37,170 nucleotides of DNA, taken from Hydrurus foetidus. Its lineage: Eukaryota. The notes under the pieces were generated by a model. The model was not told the origin of the DNA, searched no databases, and was given only the letters and a program-made list of their open reading frames with translations. The DNA lies in assembly GCA_900617105.1 (NCBI GenBank), contig UYFQ01000166.1:1-37170 (forward strand), read 5' to 3'. The position numbers were made by a program, and so were the translations under genes. This document shows, piece by piece, positions 35,601 through 37,170 of this stretch (its first letter is position 1; each line of letters starts with the position of its first letter).

Positions 35601-37170
35601 AGGGGATACCTATGTTTCACCGATGTCGCTAGGTTACGTGAAACGTGTCGTTAAATTGACAACGTTTGCTTCCGATCCTGAGTTCTCCAACCAAATGCTT
35701 TGGAATGACTTCTGACAACTCGGTGGACCGCGTGAATAGAAGTCTAGCTAAATAGATGGATGGTAGTAGAGGGCCAGGTAGTAGAACTTAGAGGGAAAAG
35801 CGGAACGAGTAGATCTACTGTAGTCCAAAGAAGCTAGAAGAGTGGCAGAATGGTAGTTTAGGCTTACAACGAGAAAGAGTGGGTGAGCTCGCAGAGGTGT
35901 AAAACTCTGCATGCAAGAGTTGCAAGGTAAGCTAACAAGCTGCGGGATGTCAGGAGGACTCTCAGCCACATGTACAAACGGCTATACGGTACTAGAGAGG
36001 GTAGGAATGTGATACTAAATCCTGTACCATCACAGTATGGGAAACAAGTCGATGAGTACGTGTCTTGTGCAATTCAGATAGGGGATACCTATGTTGCTTC
36101 AAGCAGGAATTGCCTTCTGTTCTTCAGCTGGCGTCGAAACGGCTTAGAGCTGACAACCGACGTGGCGATCGGGTATCCGTGAAGATTTTGAGCTCTCCTC
36201 CTTTGAAGATCTTGATAGCGCTTTGGGTTTTTGGGGCTTGAAAGTCCAGATCGGCTTTTGAAATTCAGATAGGGGATACCTATGTTTCACCGATGTCGCT
36301 AGGTTACGTGAAACGTGTCGTTAAATTGACAACGTTTGCTTCCGATCCTGAGTTCTCCAACCAAATGCTTTGGAATGACTTCTGACAACTCGGTGGACCG
36401 CGTGAATAGAAGTCTAGCTAAATAGATGGATGGTAGTAGAGGGCCAGGTAGTAGAACTTAGAGGGAAAAGCGGAACGAGTAGATCTACTGTAGTCCAAAG
36501 AAGCTAGAAGAGTGGCAGAGTGGTAGTTTAGGCTTACAACGAGAAAGAGTGGGTGAGCTCGCAGAGGTGTAATCTGCAACTGCATGCAGAGTTGCAAGGT
36601 AAGCTAACAAGCTGCGGGATGTCAGGAGGACTCTCAGCCACATGTACAAACGGCTATACGGTACTAGAGAGGGTAGGAATGTGGTACTAAATCCTGTACC
36701 ATCACAGTATGGGAAACAAGTCGATGAGTACGTGTCTTGTGCAATTCAGATAGGGGATACCTATGTTGCTTCAAGCAGGAATTGCCTTCTGTTCTTCAGC
36801 TGGCGTCGAAACGGCTTAGAGCTGACAACCGACGTGGCGATCGGGTATCCGTGAAGATTTTGAGCTCTCCTCCTTTGAAGATCTTGATAGCGCTTTGGGT
36901 TTTTGGGGCTTGAAAGTCCAGATCGGCTTTTGAAATTCAGATAGGGGATACCTATGTTTCACCGATGTCGCTAGGTTACGTGAAACGTGTCGTTAAATTG
37001 ACAACGTTTGCTTCCGATCCTGAGTTCTCCAACCAAATGCTTTGGAATGACTTCTGAAACTCGGTGGACCGCGTGAACAGAAGTCTAGCTAAATAGATGG
37101 ATGGTAGTAGAGGGCCAGGTAGTAGAACTTAGAGGGGAAAGCGGAACGAATAGATCTACTGTAGTCCAAA

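Larger units (their letters stand above)
17042..37170. repeat. Head-to-tail tandem array of ~670 bp monomers (427 bp B leader + 216 bp LTR + 27 bp spacer), about 30 units, open at right edge
   Basis: Marker ATGTACAAAC recurs at 17621, 18292, 18963 ... 36642 with 668-672 bp spacing (one 929 bp interval); 29 complete LTR copies, 30th begins at 37160. Confidence 0.98.

Noticed and set aside
36565..36595. Divergent LTR variant in copy 29 (GTAATCTGCAACTGCATGCAGAG)
   Set aside because: Local scrambling at the hairpin/variant site with further single-base errors nearby; most likely poor consensus quality.
17621..36854. Repeated 65-73 aa ORFs (MYKRLYG.., MAESPPD.., MCNSDRG..) as a tandem gene family
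   Set aside because: They straddle LTR, spacer and leader junctions, overlap on both strands, have no recognisable motif and open or close with homopolymer length.
17042..37170. CRISPR array (25 bp repeats or 27 bp spacer)
   Set aside because: Intervening sequences are identical between units and hundreds of bp long; no cas genes; eukaryotic TE context.
17042..37170. 5S rRNA, tRNA or spliced-leader gene array, or Cassandra-type TRIM
   Set aside because: I recognise no such RNA in the monomer, and all but 27 bp is explained by element B. A covariance-model search would be the formal test.

Overview
Eukaryotic retrotransposon-dense DNA with no recognisable host gene. Positions 1-17685 are a nest of five LTR-retrotransposon pieces: Gypsy A (minus strand, runs off the left edge), a plus-strand Gypsy integrase-tail/chromodomain fragment C, two decayed Copia pieces D and E (minus), and a near full-length chromodomain-bearing Gypsy B (minus, 10745-17685) bounded by a near-identical 216-217 bp TG..CA terminal repeat. 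The 5' end of B runs without a break into a head-to-tail tandem array (17042 to past 37170) of an ~670 bp monomer made of 427 bp of B's adjacent leader, the 216 bp terminal repeat and a 27 bp spacer not seen elsewhere in the window. I count 29 complete terminal-repeat copies plus the start of a 30th, all near-identical. This looks like a satellite still attached to the element it arose from. The true LTR length (216 vs ~664 bp), the primer site and the missing target-site duplication are unresolved, and an assembly or amplification artefact cannot be excluded from sequence alone. Most short ORFs in the supplied track are shadows or repeat by-products.
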